Shown here: one piece after another, positions 38,738-51,436 of the stretch
Layout of the letters: each line of letters starts with the position of its first letter
Numbering within the stretch: position 1 is the stretch's first letter
DNA from: Lama glama
Lineage: Eukaryota
Assembly (NCBI GenBank): GCA_028534125.1
Contig: CM052816.1
Span: 49,106,001 to 49,170,000, forward strand
Reading direction: 5' to 3'
DNA: 64,000 nt
Made by a program: the position numbers and the translations under genes
The notes under the pieces: model-generated
What the model saw: the letters and a program-made list of their open reading frames with translations, nothing else
Database searches by the model: none
Told to the model about the DNA's origin: nothing

Positions 38738-40859
38738 CAGGAGCAAATGAAGTGAAGTTGCAATGGAAACCTTCCAGAACCATCATCTGATGGCAAATAA
38801 AAGCTTTTATGTGTCATCGATATTAGATCAATGTTAATAACTGAGTTTAAAGTAAAAAAAAGAGAAGTAAAAGCTGGCATTGTCATACTTTTTAACGTTT
38901 ATATTTTAACAATTCTTTGAAGGTAGGAAAACTTTGCAAAAGAAAAACATTTTTACATATTAATGAAGTTTGTAGATTGATATGATAATAGTGTTACCTC
39001 TATCATTTCATTAAAGTTATCATGTCTGAGAGGTTCATTTTCATTCTACTGTTATCATCACTGATTTAATGAAGTACTTCCCTGATTAATGTATTCATGC
39101 CAGTTTGATTAAGAATCTCTACATTTTCTTTAACTACTGTTTTGTGAATGGCTGTTTTTTTTTTAAGCAGATAAGTGTTGATATTGTCTTTCAAAAGTTC
39201 AGTTTTAAAACAAAATACCTACAAAATAATCATTTTTCTTTATCTGAAATACATAATTTTTTAAAAGTGTTCCTCATACTTCTAGGAACACCCTATATAA
39301 AAAACACAAAGCTATTGTCTAAAAATTGTCAGATCTTGAATTCTATTAATTTTTTCTGATACATCTATATATAAGAATGTATATATGTATATAGATGTCA
39401 TTATCATATCAATGATTTAGCTTATCCTTCCTTATTATAAAAATGGATTTTCAGTAGTATTTCTTGAGTTTTAAAATATTCTTAGCTCTTACAAAGAACA
39501 AAATATCTTAAAATAGAAATTAACTAGCTGTAATTTTAAAATGTTTAAATAATACATGGACCATAGCTATATGATATGAATTCCAAATACTAACAAAGAA
39601 ATGTCTTCATGTAATCATTAAGGCATGTGAAATATGCATTTACACTTTTAAAAATATTTATTTTGAATGTAATATGTGTTCTAGAATTCTGCTTCCATTT
39701 TATAAAGCACTGAATTGAAAGAATAAAAATAAGTTCTATGGAGAATTTGTTTGAAATTCTTGAATTAGCAAACTGATGTTGGACCAATTTTTAAAGATAA
39801 ATTTAAATATTGTTTTAATTATGTTAATTGTGCTCAGATATAGTATGCAACTTACTATTGTAAAAGGTAAATTGTGGTCCTATTTATCAGCATCGTTTTC
39901 TCAGGAGTTTTGAATATGTCTTTAAAATTGCACCAGTAATCAAAGTAGGAACACTTATTGCCCACTATGGAAAAGAAGCAAAATCAATTTCTGTGCAATT
40001 CTAAGCACTTTCCATTAAAGAAATTGCCAGTTACTTCAAATAGAGGTTATATCACTTACAGCTACTCTCAGCAATCTCTTTTTATTAAGCTACCTTATGA
40101 TATTTGGTACTGTGAGGAGTACAGTGACAAAGGAAGCTATTTGGTAAGAAATGGTTTAAAAATAACTACTAATATTAGTAGGAACTTGTTTGAGTATTTT
40201 TAATTTATATATACAAATATTCTGTGGTATGACTTCCACAAGGGGTACAGCTATGGTGGTAGTAAATTGTAGTTTACTCAATATATGAAATAGAATTGAA
40301 AAAGATAACTTTCCATTCATTTTTAAGTAGATAAAATTATACTTTACTTTGTATGTGTTTTTATTTTCTAGAAACATTGTTTGGAATCTTTTGTTAGAAA
40401 GTAGTACTGATGCTACTTGAGTAATATCAAATAAGAAGTAACTATGTAGTATTCAGCTTATTCAAATCAGTTCATTATAAAATGCCTTCATATAAAATGG
40501 TAATTTGTTAATTGAATTTAATTGGAATCAGAATACAAAAATCCATAGTTTATGATTCATTCACATAGTTTTCTGCATTTCAGCTAAGGCTTTAAGTTGC
40601 TTTTTAATAAATGTACTTAGAAAGTAAGATCATTCTGTGATTATTTTTAATGGATTTGCTTTATAAAGATACATGTATTTATAAAATTGGATTTTAATGA
40701 AATTTGTTCTAATCAGCTTTGGTCATAGATTTATTACATGTATCACAGAGCACATAATAGGTGCTTAATAATAATCATTAACATAAACGGTCATTATGTA
40801 TGTTTTGTTAGTAATCAACAATTACCTTCTTACCATGCACGATTCTACTTTTTTGCCAT

Positions 40860-41070
40860 AACACTTACTACATTGTGAGATGTTGTTTAATTGGCTTATT
40901 CATTATTTTTATTGTTTATTATCCATCTCTTCTTCACTGGAATGAATTTCCATGAAGGCAGAGATCTTCATATGCATTTTCATTGACATATCCTAAGTAT
41001 GTAGAACAGAGAGCATGGCATATAATTGATATACAATAAATATTGGTTAAATGAATGCTTGAATGAAATA
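40860..41070 (+). mobile_element. L2 3' end
   Basis: cactggaatgaatttccatgaaggcagaga...gcatggcatataattgatatacaataaatattggttaaatgaatg. Confidence 0.8.
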
Positions 41071-41254
41071 ACACAGTAGCTTTATCTGACAAAATTTTTA
41101 GATCTTCATAAAATAAATGAGTTTTTAGAAACACCATATTTTTATATTTGATATAAATAGAAAAACTGAACAGACTAATAGTATTATAGAAAAATTAAAA
41201 TTTCTTTATTATCTTCTATTAAAAATATTACTTACTTTTAATGGTAACTTTAAC

Positions 41255-41930
41255 ATATTTCAGACTCTCCCCAAACTTTCACTTACCTGACAGAAAAATG
41301 AACAATAGTCACAATAACAACAATAATATTCATAATAATAACAATAATAAAATACAAATCCATATAGACAAAGAAAATAAGAGAAAAATGGCAGATGAGA
41401 GATGGCTACATTTTGGAACTAATATTTTTGGATGAAAAGTGAGACCGTGGAACAAAAAATAAGTTCTTACAGCACAAACATATATGGTTCCCCTAGCAGA
41501 AAGTTCTATCTAAGTAGGTACCTTGGGAAGGTGATCAAAATAGAAAGAATGGTTGAAGAATCTAGAATCATATATACATTTTTTTTATCATATACTGCCA
41601 AGTAACTTGCCCTCTGAAGTCAGATGACTGGAGGTATTTATTCTGGAAAACTCTCCTAAAAGAAGTGATCTCTTAAGACTATAGGCACAGCTGAATAATA
41701 CACAGATATCATGAGGATTAGAAGGAGAAATTCTGTATAATAATTGGAAAGACCTTACTAGTCACCTCGTACCACTTGATTGTTACATGAATGCCAACAG
41801 TCTTACACCTCTCAGACAGAAATGGGAAGATTGGTTTATGAGTAGATTGAAGTATTCAAGAGAAGCGATTTATAGATACTGACACTTGTGAACCATTCCT
41901 CAAAGTGACTGGATCAGCCTATAGTTAATA
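41255..41930 (+). mobile_element. ancient L1ME/HAL1-like 5' region
   Basis: gacaaagaaaataagag...gcagatgagagatg and cagatgactggagg...tatagatactgacacttg recall L1ME/HAL1 5' ends; highly decayed. Confidence 0.45.
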
Positions 41931-41967
41931 CTTACAATTCCTTCAGGCTTAAAGTGAATGAAACAGA

Positions 41968-42014
41968 TATATGAATATATATATACATATACATACATAT
42001 ATATATATATATAT
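41968..42014. repeat. (TA)n/(TACA)n microsatellite
   Basis: visible directly. Confidence 0.85.
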
Positions 42015-42039
42015 CTCAAGGTGGATACTATTTCATTAG

Positions 42040-42297
42040 CGTGACATTGATATAAACAATGCTTCAGAAGAATACATACAGTTTATATACTTTTTTCATA
42101 TAAAATAATCTATATTTGAGGAATATGCATACATGCATAAATGTATAAAAATATGAATGAGAATGTATCATATCACCTTAAGAAAGAGTCTATGTCCTAA
42201 AGAGAAGAAAGAATTGGGTTTGTGAATCTGATTGATACCTGTATAATTTTCTTTAAAAAAAGCTGAAACAAACCTGAAAACTATAAAATGTTTAAAT
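42040..42297 (+). mobile_element. L1ME-like 3'UTR fragment
   Basis: cagaagaatacatacagt...atgcatacatgcataaatgtataaaaa...gctgaaacaaa...aaaatgttta. Confidence 0.5.
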
Positions 42298-42298
42298 A

Positions 42299-42717
42299 TT
42301 TTATTTTTTATACTTTTTAACTGAAGTATAGTCATTTTACAATTTTGTGACAATTTCTAGTGTACAATATAATGTTTCTGTCATACATATACATGCATAT
42401 ATATTCCTTTTTATATTATTTTTCATTATAGGTTTCATTATAGGTTACTACAAGATATTAAAAATAGTTTCCTGTACTGTACAGTGTAAACTTGTTGTTA
42501 TAGTAGTTAGTATCTGTAAATATCAAACTCCCAATTTATCCTTCCCACTCCATTCCTCCCCTGGTAACCATAAGTTTATCTTCTATGTCTTTGAGTCTAT
42601 AAATAAGTTTAGTTCTGTCTTTTTAGATTCCACATGTAAGTGATATCATATGGTACTTTTTTTCTCTTTCTGGCTTCACTTAGTATGACGATCTCCAGAT
42701 GAATCCATTTTGCTGCA
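42299..42717 (-). mobile_element. camelid/artiodactyl-type L1 3' end
   Basis: actgaagtatagtcattttacaatt...ggtaaccataagttt...tagattccacatgtaagtgatatcatatgg...cttcacttagtatga. Confidence 0.85.
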
Positions 42718-43251
42718 TATTTGAGTATTTTAGGTATATATAGTAACAGATTGACTTATCATAAGTTATTTTCTGGATTTTAGAGTTTTTTTAAATCATG
42801 ATGTTCTAGCTAAGAATAGAATCATAACAACTAGCTATTTCAGGAATGCTGAATTGCCTAAGAGGGAGATGGGTGCGAGATAAAATTTGGAATTTCAGGA
42901 GTCATCTTCATAAGCCCTCTCAAAGATAGTTGAGCAAGATTACTATAAGGACTCTTTCAGGCCACCTGAGGTCCAAAGACGGTATTTTGGGGATTGCTTA
43001 AAGATAAACCTTCATTCTTATGATCAAGATGTGAAGAACATGAGGGGTTATAAAGAGAACTAAAGAATCTACTTAGTTTTGCACATTTGGAGGAAAAGAC
43101 CAGAAGACATTGTAAATGAAGTCATGAAGGAGAATCTAAGCAAAAGGAAGAAAATGTTAACTCTGACTTGACTCCAAACCCTAATACAACTTTATATGGA
43201 TTAAAGCCTGGGTGATTTAGTTTAGCAAAGAGAAAAAGAAAAGTCAGCTTG

Positions 43252-43992
43252 GGAACCCTCCTACATTGCTGGTGGGAATGCAGTTTGGTGCAGCCACTGT
43301 GGAAAACAGCATGGAAATTACTCAAAAGACTAGGAATAGACTTACCATATGACCCAGGAATCCCACTCCTGGGCATCTATCCAGAAGGGACCCTACTTCA
43401 GAAAGACACCTGCACCCCAATGTTCATAGCAGCATTATTTACAATAACCAAGACATGGAAACAGCCTAAATGTCCATCAACAAATGACTGGATAAAGAAG
43501 TGGTGGTATATTTATGCAATGAAATACTACTCAGCCATAAAAACCAACAACATAACGCCATTTGCAGAAATGTGGATGTCCCTGGAGAATGTCATTCTAA
43601 GTGAAGTAAGCCAGAAGGAGAAAGGAAAATACCATATGAGATTGCTCATATGTAGAATCTAAAAGAAAAAAAAGGAACATAAATACAAAACAGAAACAAA
43701 CTAATAGACATAGAATACAAACTTGTGGTTGTCAAGGGTTGGAGGGTGGGAAGGGACAGTCTGGGATTTCAAAATTTGTAGATACTGACAGGCATATGCA
43801 GAATAGTTAAACAAGATTATACTGTATAGCACAGGGACATATATACAAGATCTTGTGGTAGCTCACAGCTAAAAAAAAAAATCTGACAATGAATATATAT
43901 ATGTTCATGTGTAACTGAAAAATTGTGCTCTACACTGGAATTTGACACAAGATAGTAAAATGACTATAATTCAATACAAAAATGTTAAAAGA
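43252..43992 (+). mobile_element. young 5'-truncated camelid-type L1; open ORF2 C-terminal frame 43249-43662
   Basis: [18 protein letters not shown]...[13 protein letters not shown]...CTPMFIAALFTI.KTWKQPKCP; perfect flanking direct repeat agaaaaagaaaagtcagcttg at 43231-43251 and 43993-44013. Confidence 0.95.
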
Positions 43993-44204
43993 AGAAAAAG
44001 AAAAGTCAGCTTGCTGGTTTCCTGTAGAACTTCAATTACAATGAAATGAAAGTTCAAATAGTGGTTGTGTGCAACTCTTTCTTGTGTATTCTTTTCATTC
44101 AACAACAAAGGAACCAGCTATCAGACTTGATAAAAGGATGATTCAGAAGGAGGAGTATAAAGGAGTGAGTAAGGTTGAGAGATACTTCAGAGAGGACAAT
44201 AGGA

Positions 44205-44418
44205 CAGTGGTTTTTAGAATGTTCTGTGGAATTTTGACATTCTGTGGTGTAGTGGGAGTATCAGCCAAGTTATATGAGAATGAAACTGGGTATCTCATGC
44301 TTCTTCTCTTACCTTCATCAGAAAAACCCCAGTTTTGTTTTACATATTGGATTTTTATATAAAATTTGTTGTAGGAAAAAGTGCTGTCATACTTTAAAAT
44401 ACATGTTTGAAACTATTA
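44205..44418. mobile_element. hAT-Charlie-type MITE (degenerate)
   Basis: cagtggtttttagaa left end and tttgaaactatta right end; internal tgttttacatattgg...ataaaattt. Confidence 0.45.
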
Positions 44419-44824
44419 ACTAAAGAAAACATAATTTATATAAGATATTTTATGAATATTCCTAACTAACATTTTTGAAACATAGATATTATCACTATTT
44501 TACAGTTACAATATTGTCATAGGTTTTATAGAGACTGAATTTAATTAATGTAGCCCAAACTAATCAGTCCTACATAAAGAAAAAATATCTACTTTTATTT
44601 ACTAGATTTTGAATGTCTTAAAAATAAACTTATGGAATAGAAAATAATTTTAAACAACAAGAATTCAAACAACAAGGTAAAAATTAAGACTACCTCAACG
44701 ATGGCAAGCAATGAGCTGAAAGGAAAGATAAATGGATGATGGATAGATTTTTACTCTTTTCTAGTTATACACACCATCCTACGTATTGCTTTAGCTTGTT
44801 TGGTTTTTGTTTTGTACTTTTTCC

Positions 44825-46285
44825 AGGTATATACCACAACTTAGTGGCATTTATTCCAGGCACATAAGGCTGGATCAACATTCAAATTTTAATTAATCCG
44901 CCATATCAACAGGCTAAGAAAAATCACATGATCATATCAAATGGTAAAGAAAAACAATTTGACAAAATTCAATACCCATTAAATGATTTTAAAATGCTCA
45001 GCAAACTATGAATAAAGAGGAACTTCTTCAGATTGATTTTAAAAATCCATAAAAATCCTATGGCTAACATTATCCTTAATGGTGGAAAACTAGAACCTTT
45101 CTTACTGAGATCAGGAACAAAACAAACATACCTCCTTTCACAAGTAGTACTGGATGTCCTAGTTAATGGAATAAGAAAGTAATAGGAAATAAAAGGTGTA
45201 TAGATTGTCTTTGTTTGCAGGTGAATGGTTGACTGTAAAAAAAAAATCTGAAAAAAACTGATTAAAAACCCTCCTGGAACTAATAAGCAATTGTTGCAAG
45301 GCTGTAGAATGTAAGCTTAATATCTAAAAGTTCATCCCCTTCCTATATACCAGCAATGAATAAGTGGAATTTGAAATTAAAAGCACAATATCATTTACCG
45401 TAGCACCCCCAAATTTGAAATAATTATAAATCAAACAAAAATGTACAAGATATATATGACAAAAAGTATAAAACTGTAATGAAAGGAATCAAAGTACTAA
45501 GAAGATGGATAGATACTACATATTCACAGATATGAAGACTCAAAATGTCAGTTCTTCTCAACCTTATCCACATATTTAATTCATTCCCAGTAAAATCTCA
45601 GAAAATAATTTTATGGATATTTACAAACTGTTTCTAAAGTTTATGTGGAGAGGCAGATGATTGGGAATAACCACCACAATATTGAAGGAAAAGAACAAAG
45701 TTGGATGACTGACACCTACCTGACTCAGTACTTAATATAAAGCTACAGTAATCAATGCAGTGTGGAATTAGCAAAAGAATAGACAATTAGATCAGTGGAA
45801 CAAAGTGGAGAGCCCAGAAATAAGCCCACACAAATATAGTCAACTCATATTTGACAAAGGAACAAAGACAAAAAAATGGAGGAAAGATATATATATATAT
45901 TTAAAAATGGTACTGGAAAAACCATATAGTCACATGCAGCACAAAACTAAAACTTCTAGAAGGTAACAGGAGAAAATTTAGATGATCTTGGGTTTTGCAA
46001 TGACTTTTTAGATATGACACCAAAGGCATGATCTATGAAGGAAAGAATTGACATTCTAAACTTCTTTAAAATTTAAAATTCCTGTCAAGAGAATGAGAAG
46101 ACAAGTCATAAACCTGGAGAAGATATTTTCAAGACACCTATGTAACAAAGAACTGTTATCCAAGATAAACAAAGAACTTTTAAACCTCAACAATAAGAAA
46201 ACAATCTGAGTATAAAATGGGCAAAAGACCTGGACACCTCACCAAGAAGATGTACAAATGGCAAGTAAAGGACATGAAAAGATGT
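44825..46285 (+). mobile_element. old L1 (L1MB/MC-like) ORF2 RT to C-terminal fragment
   Basis: aatcacatgatcatatcaa...tttgacaaaattcaa (NHMIIS..FDKIQ); tcagtggaacaaagtggagagcccagaaataagccc (QWN..ESPEI.P); ends at catgaaaagatg. Confidence 0.85.
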
Positions 46286-46418
46286 CTGGTTTTGGTATCA
46301 GGGTAGTGATTACATCCAGAATGATTTAGAGAGTGTTCCATCCTCTTCAGTTTTTTTGGAATAATTTGAGAAGGATAGGTGTTAACTCTTCCTTCTCTGT
46401 GTGGTAGAATTCATTTAT
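46286..46418 (-). mobile_element. inverted L1 ORF2 segment
   Basis: reverse complement encodes EFYH.EKEELTPILLKLFQK...TLIPKP, the region just upstream of the RT core. Confidence 0.85.
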
Positions 46419-47418
46419 AAAACAAAAAGGCAACCTACTGAATGTGAGAAAATATTTGAAAATGATATGACTATAAGGGGTTAATATCCAAAATATATAA
46501 AGAGCTCATAAAACTCAATATAAAAAAAATTTAAAAAGTGAGCAGAAGACCTGAATAGACATTTTTGCAAAGAAGACATACGGATGGCCAACAGGCACAT
46601 GAAAAGATGCTTAACATTGTTAATTTTTAGAGAAATGTAAATCAAAACTATAATGAGATACCACCTCATACCTATTAGAATGGCTATCATCAAAAAGTCT
46701 ACAAGTAACAAATGTTGGCAAGGGTGTGGAGAAAAGGGAATCATGTACACTATGGATGGGAATGTAAATTGGTGCAGCCACTATTGAAAACAGTACAAAA
46801 GTTCTTCAAAAAACTAAAAATATAATTACCATATGAGCTAGCAATCCACACCTGGGAATATTTGGAAAAAAAAAAAAGAAAACATACTGACTTGAAAAGA
46901 TAAATGCACTGTGATGTTCATAGCAGCATTGTTTACAATAGACTAGATATGGAAGCAGCCCAAGTGTCCATCAATAAATGGATAACGAATACGTGGTATG
47001 TATGTGCACATATGTATATATACTACAGAATATTACTTGGTCATAATACAGAATGAAATTCTGCCATTAGCAACGTGGATGAACCTAGAGAGCACTATGC
47101 TTAGAGAAATATGTCACGGAGAAAGACAAACATTGTATATTATCACTTATATGTAAAATCTAGAATATAAAACAAAGGTATATAATAAAAGAGCAACTGA
47201 TTCACAGATGTAGAAAATAAAGTAGTCGACAGCAGTGGGGAGAGATGGTAAAATAGGGATATGATTCAGAGAGATGAACTATGTATAAAATACATAAACA
47301 AGAGGATATATTTGTAATAACTTTAAATGGAGTACAAGTTATAAAAATATTGAATCACTACGCTGTACACCTGAAACCAGTATAATATTGTAAACTGACT
47401 ATACTTAAATAAGAAAAC
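46419..47418 (+). mobile_element. artiodactyl/laurasiatherian-type L1 3' portion
   Basis: aaaaggcaacctactgaatgtgagaaaatattt (KRQPTE.EKIF)...ctgtacacctgaaaccagtataatattgtaaactgactatacttaaat. Confidence 0.9.
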
Positions 47419-48645
47419 TTAATAAAATCTTGAAAAATACTTGTATAATTAAATAAATCTATAATCCCAGGTTATAACTTTACATCCTTATTTACTTTGA
47501 AGGACTCTCCCAAACATCCAGTTTCCCAGCTTGCCTGTTCACAGCCTGTCTCTCCCTCCCTCCCTTCATTCTTTCCCCTCTTTCTCTTCCCTTCTTCTGT
47601 CTCAATCTCTCACCTGTTGCCTTTCCTGCATTTAGCTTCTTCATGTTGTAAAAAATAGAGGCATATTGAGATTACATGAAGTGTTTAGGCCATATGATAC
47701 TAATTTCTGGAGGAATTAAGTCAGCAGAGCACCATGTATCAGTAGTCACAAAGCCAGACCTCAGGCTGGTTGGGATTTTAGTTCAGGAAACCGTAGTAGG
47801 CAAAACTGAGGTGTGTCTAGCTTTGATGGTCACCTGTCTGATAATTCAGCTTAATTCTGTTTCCATCTCCTCCTACAGTCATCTGATCTGCTATTTTTCC
47901 TATTTGCCTCACATTTAAACTAGCTGAAGTAAATTCCATTTGAATACATGAATCACTGTGAAGATAAATCATGTCATTGGCAGACATACCACTCATGAAC
48001 TACTGCACTAGCCTATTAAGATGTAAAAGCTCCACCAAATGCATATGTTCTTGGTCCACTGACTAATTATACAAGTATCCCTTTCTCTAACAGGGATAGA
48101 CATTCAAGCTAGACCCATATTCTGTGAAATTCATGTGTACTAGTTTACTGCTCCTTTTCAACAATCTGCTAAAGGCTTTGATATGTCCACCTGAGTTGTT
48201 TGCTAGTTTTAAGCTCTCAGACGAGACTGCTTAATACTGTGAAGCATTTTGAGAATGTGGAGTAGTGTCGCCAAAGACCATATATAGAGAGAATCATGAC
48301 ATTCTTTAATTATTTTGAGCTCTATATGAAAATTAGAAATAGAAATAAATCAGTATAATTTAAAATTGTAACCTGTCATATATGTTTCCTTTTAAATTAT
48401 TCTCAGGCAGTTGTGAATCAGTTTTCATTAGTCCTCTAGATTGCAATTTCTTCATTCATCGACATTTGTGTGTGTGTGTTTCTGTGTCTACAGTGTGTTT
48501 ATGTATAATGTAAGTGTGTGTATGAAATAACAACAAAGACTAAGTGCTGAACTTAATGACTTACATTGCAAAACTCTGAAATGAAATGATGAACTCTTTG
48601 TATCATGTACTGTACCATAGTGCACACCTAGTACACAGCAAATTA

Positions 48646-48646
48646 A

Positions 48647-48694
<48 letters not shown>
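48646..48694. repeat. (AAT)n microsatellite, about 16 units
   Basis: visible directly. Confidence 0.95.
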
Positions 48695-49429
48695 TAATGT
48701 AATAAAAAATGGTCACAGAGGGAAGACTGGTAGCAGGAGAATCGAGCCCAGTAATAATAATTAATGTAATCTAATCTTTGGATGAACATGTAATTTTCAA
48801 TCTTTTTTGCCCCATGAGTCTCTTAAAATTATTCAGGTGAAGTCTGACTCACAACTGCAAGGATACGTAAATGTGAGGATTTATAGACAAAGTTTGATGT
48901 GAGTATTGGGTCAGTGCACGTCTGGGAGAAAAGTATAAAAGAATAGTCAGGTTGAGATATTTTATTTTTTTGTTTAACATCATTTATCAGCACATTTATG
49001 AGATCTACACTGGATGGGTATGTCACACTGAGGATAAGAGTCTCAAGCCCTAAGGGGAACATCCATCCCAGAGAAGTGATATCCTGAGGGTCTGCTTTGG
49101 AGAGAGTGACAAAGAGATGAAAAAGCTCAAAACATGCAAGACTTTGCTCTATATGTTTGTATAACGTTCCTGAGTGAGGATTTCTTCCCACTACTCGGTG
49201 CCCTTTTCTCCTAAACTGAGTGTAATTTCAGATATATATACACAATGTATACACATAGCCATGATGACATCTGAGTTCAAATCAGGGTTCTCAGAGCAAG
49301 ATAGTTAAGTACCAAATCTATGTGCATTTTGGCCAAAGTTGGAAAAAAGGCCATTTTCCTAATAGAGACTAAATTTAATGTGTAGAAGAAATAGCAAGAC
49401 AGGGACTGATTTCCCTTACGTTGGGTTGG

Positions 49430-50045
49430 GGGCTGATAAGGGTAACTGAAAATAATTCACAGAGTTTTCTGAGTAATGATAGGGACCCAAGATGCAAAGA
49501 AGAGGAAGGACATACCTAACAGCAGCCTTGAATAAAGAGCATGCTATGTAATCTACAAATGAGTCAGGGAGATTAGAGTACTGGATATATCCAAAGAGCC
49601 AACTGCAAATGAGTCTGGAAAAGTAACTTCAAGTCACCTTGTGAAAAGCCCTATATGCCACGCTCAGGAGTTTATAATAAATGGAATGTCATTATTAACA
49701 TTTAAGTAGAAGGCTATTAAAATCATAAATTTTGAAAATTTATTTCTGACCAAATAAAGAGAGATAAATGGGCAGCAGAAGAGACAGATTAAGGATGTAT
49801 GAACTGGGGAGGTAGAGTATGCCATGGAAATAAGGATGGAGGTAAATGGATGGAAATGACAGGACTGAGAAGGATCGAGTTGGAAGATGAGGGAGAATAA
49901 GGAGTAGAGATGAGTTCAGGTTTCCAGCAACTGTACATGAAGCCATTCACTAAGATAGATAACATAGATTTACGAATGGGGAGAGGAAAATAAGGAGTTT
50001 ATTTATTAGACTTTGTCAGGTTGCATTGCGGCACTCTCAGATAAT
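49430..50045 (-). mobile_element. L2 fragment
   Basis: ccttgtgaaaagccctatatgccacgctcaggagttt...gaagccattcactaagatag...aggagtttatttattagactttg. Confidence 0.65.
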
Positions 50046-50602
50046 AAAGGATCTTGAGGAAATGAAAAACAAAAACCATATCATCAGAACCCATAGAGAA
50101 AATGGGAGTGGGGATTTGGTCAGAAAGAATGTAAATGGTGTGCTTGATTCACTATAATAATGTACCTCCATGATGGAAACTTGGCTTATCTGTGTTGTTC
50201 CTTTCATTCCTCCCTTGGCTCTCATTTTATTTTCTTCATATCCTCTTATATAACATCTGTTATCATTGTACTTTAAGAATCAAGAACAAAGAAAATACAA
50301 TTTGGGAATTCTGGCAGTCAACTAAATTTCAATCAGAGGAGAGTCCAAGTCAAAAGGACTTTCAATAGGAATTGTCGAGTACCTGTGTCTCTTCTCATAG
50401 TCAACCTAGGAGACTCAGCCTCCTTTGACTTTGTATGGAAGATAAAACAACTCGATCTGATGAATAATTACTGATTTATTCATTTAACAAATAAACATAT
50501 ATCTGCTCTGAAGTTGCTAAAAGAAGTACACAGTTTACTATGTATACTGAAAATGTATAACTGTATAGAAAACTTACTTCAATTAAATCCTACATTTCAA
50601 AA

Positions 50603-51060
50603 TGTGTTGTGGCCCCCAAAGTTGTTTACACCCTAATTCCCAGAGCTTATGAATATGTTTTGTTACATGACAAGAGGGGATTAAATTTGCAGATGGAAGT
50701 AAGTTTGCTAAGCAGCAGAATTTAAGATGGGACTGGTTATCCTGGGTTATCTAGGTAGGCTTAATAAAATCTCAAGGTTCTTATTAGTGAAAGAGGGAGG
50801 TAAGATAGTCAGGATCAGGATGTTGCAGTGTGAGAAGGACCAATCAGTCATTGCTGGCTTCCAAGATGCAAGAGGGGCAAAAGTCAAGTAATGCAGGCAA
50901 CTTCTAGCTGAAAGGGGGGGGGGCACAGATTCTAGCCTAGAGCCTTCAAAAAGAATACAGCCTTAGCAAACCCTCCAAAATGAAGATAATAAATTTGTGG
51001 GTTTTTTAAGCCAGTAACTTTGTGGCAATACGTTATAGTAGCTATAGGAAACAACCACAT
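50603..51060 (+). mobile_element. MaLR solo LTR (MLT1D-like)
   Basis: tggcccccaaag...tgaatatgttttgttacatgacaagaggg...ttgcagatggaa...cattgctggcttccaagatg...gataataaatttgtg...taggaaacaaccaca. Confidence 0.85.
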
Positions 51061-51436
51061 AAAACATTGTATTTTTTTCTATCTGCTTTGTTTAATTCTT
51101 TAATTGAATGACAGAAATGTGGTAAATCAGAAAATGATTTTAATATGTTATTTGAGGGTATCAACTTTTTAGTAAAATTTCTGCATCACAAATGGCAAGA
51201 TGTTTCTATAAGTTAAATTTTTAATGGAAAGGCTTTCAGCTTAACCTTTAGTCTTCTCACATCCCCTCATCTACGTGGACAGGGAGTCATTTAACAGCCA
51301 AATTCTAGATAGAATTTAAACACAGCTACTGTGCAGCTGTGGGACAAAACAGCCTGTAGTGGTCCAAAAATTGTCCATTGGTGTATAAAAATATATACTA
51401 CCCTTCTGGAGAGTGATGAATGATAAATGATTAACT

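Noticed and set aside
40090..40143. 54-nt plus-strand exon candidate (LPYDIWYCEEYSDKGSYL, donor gtaaga)
   Set aside because: Poor AAG acceptor and an unrecognised peptide
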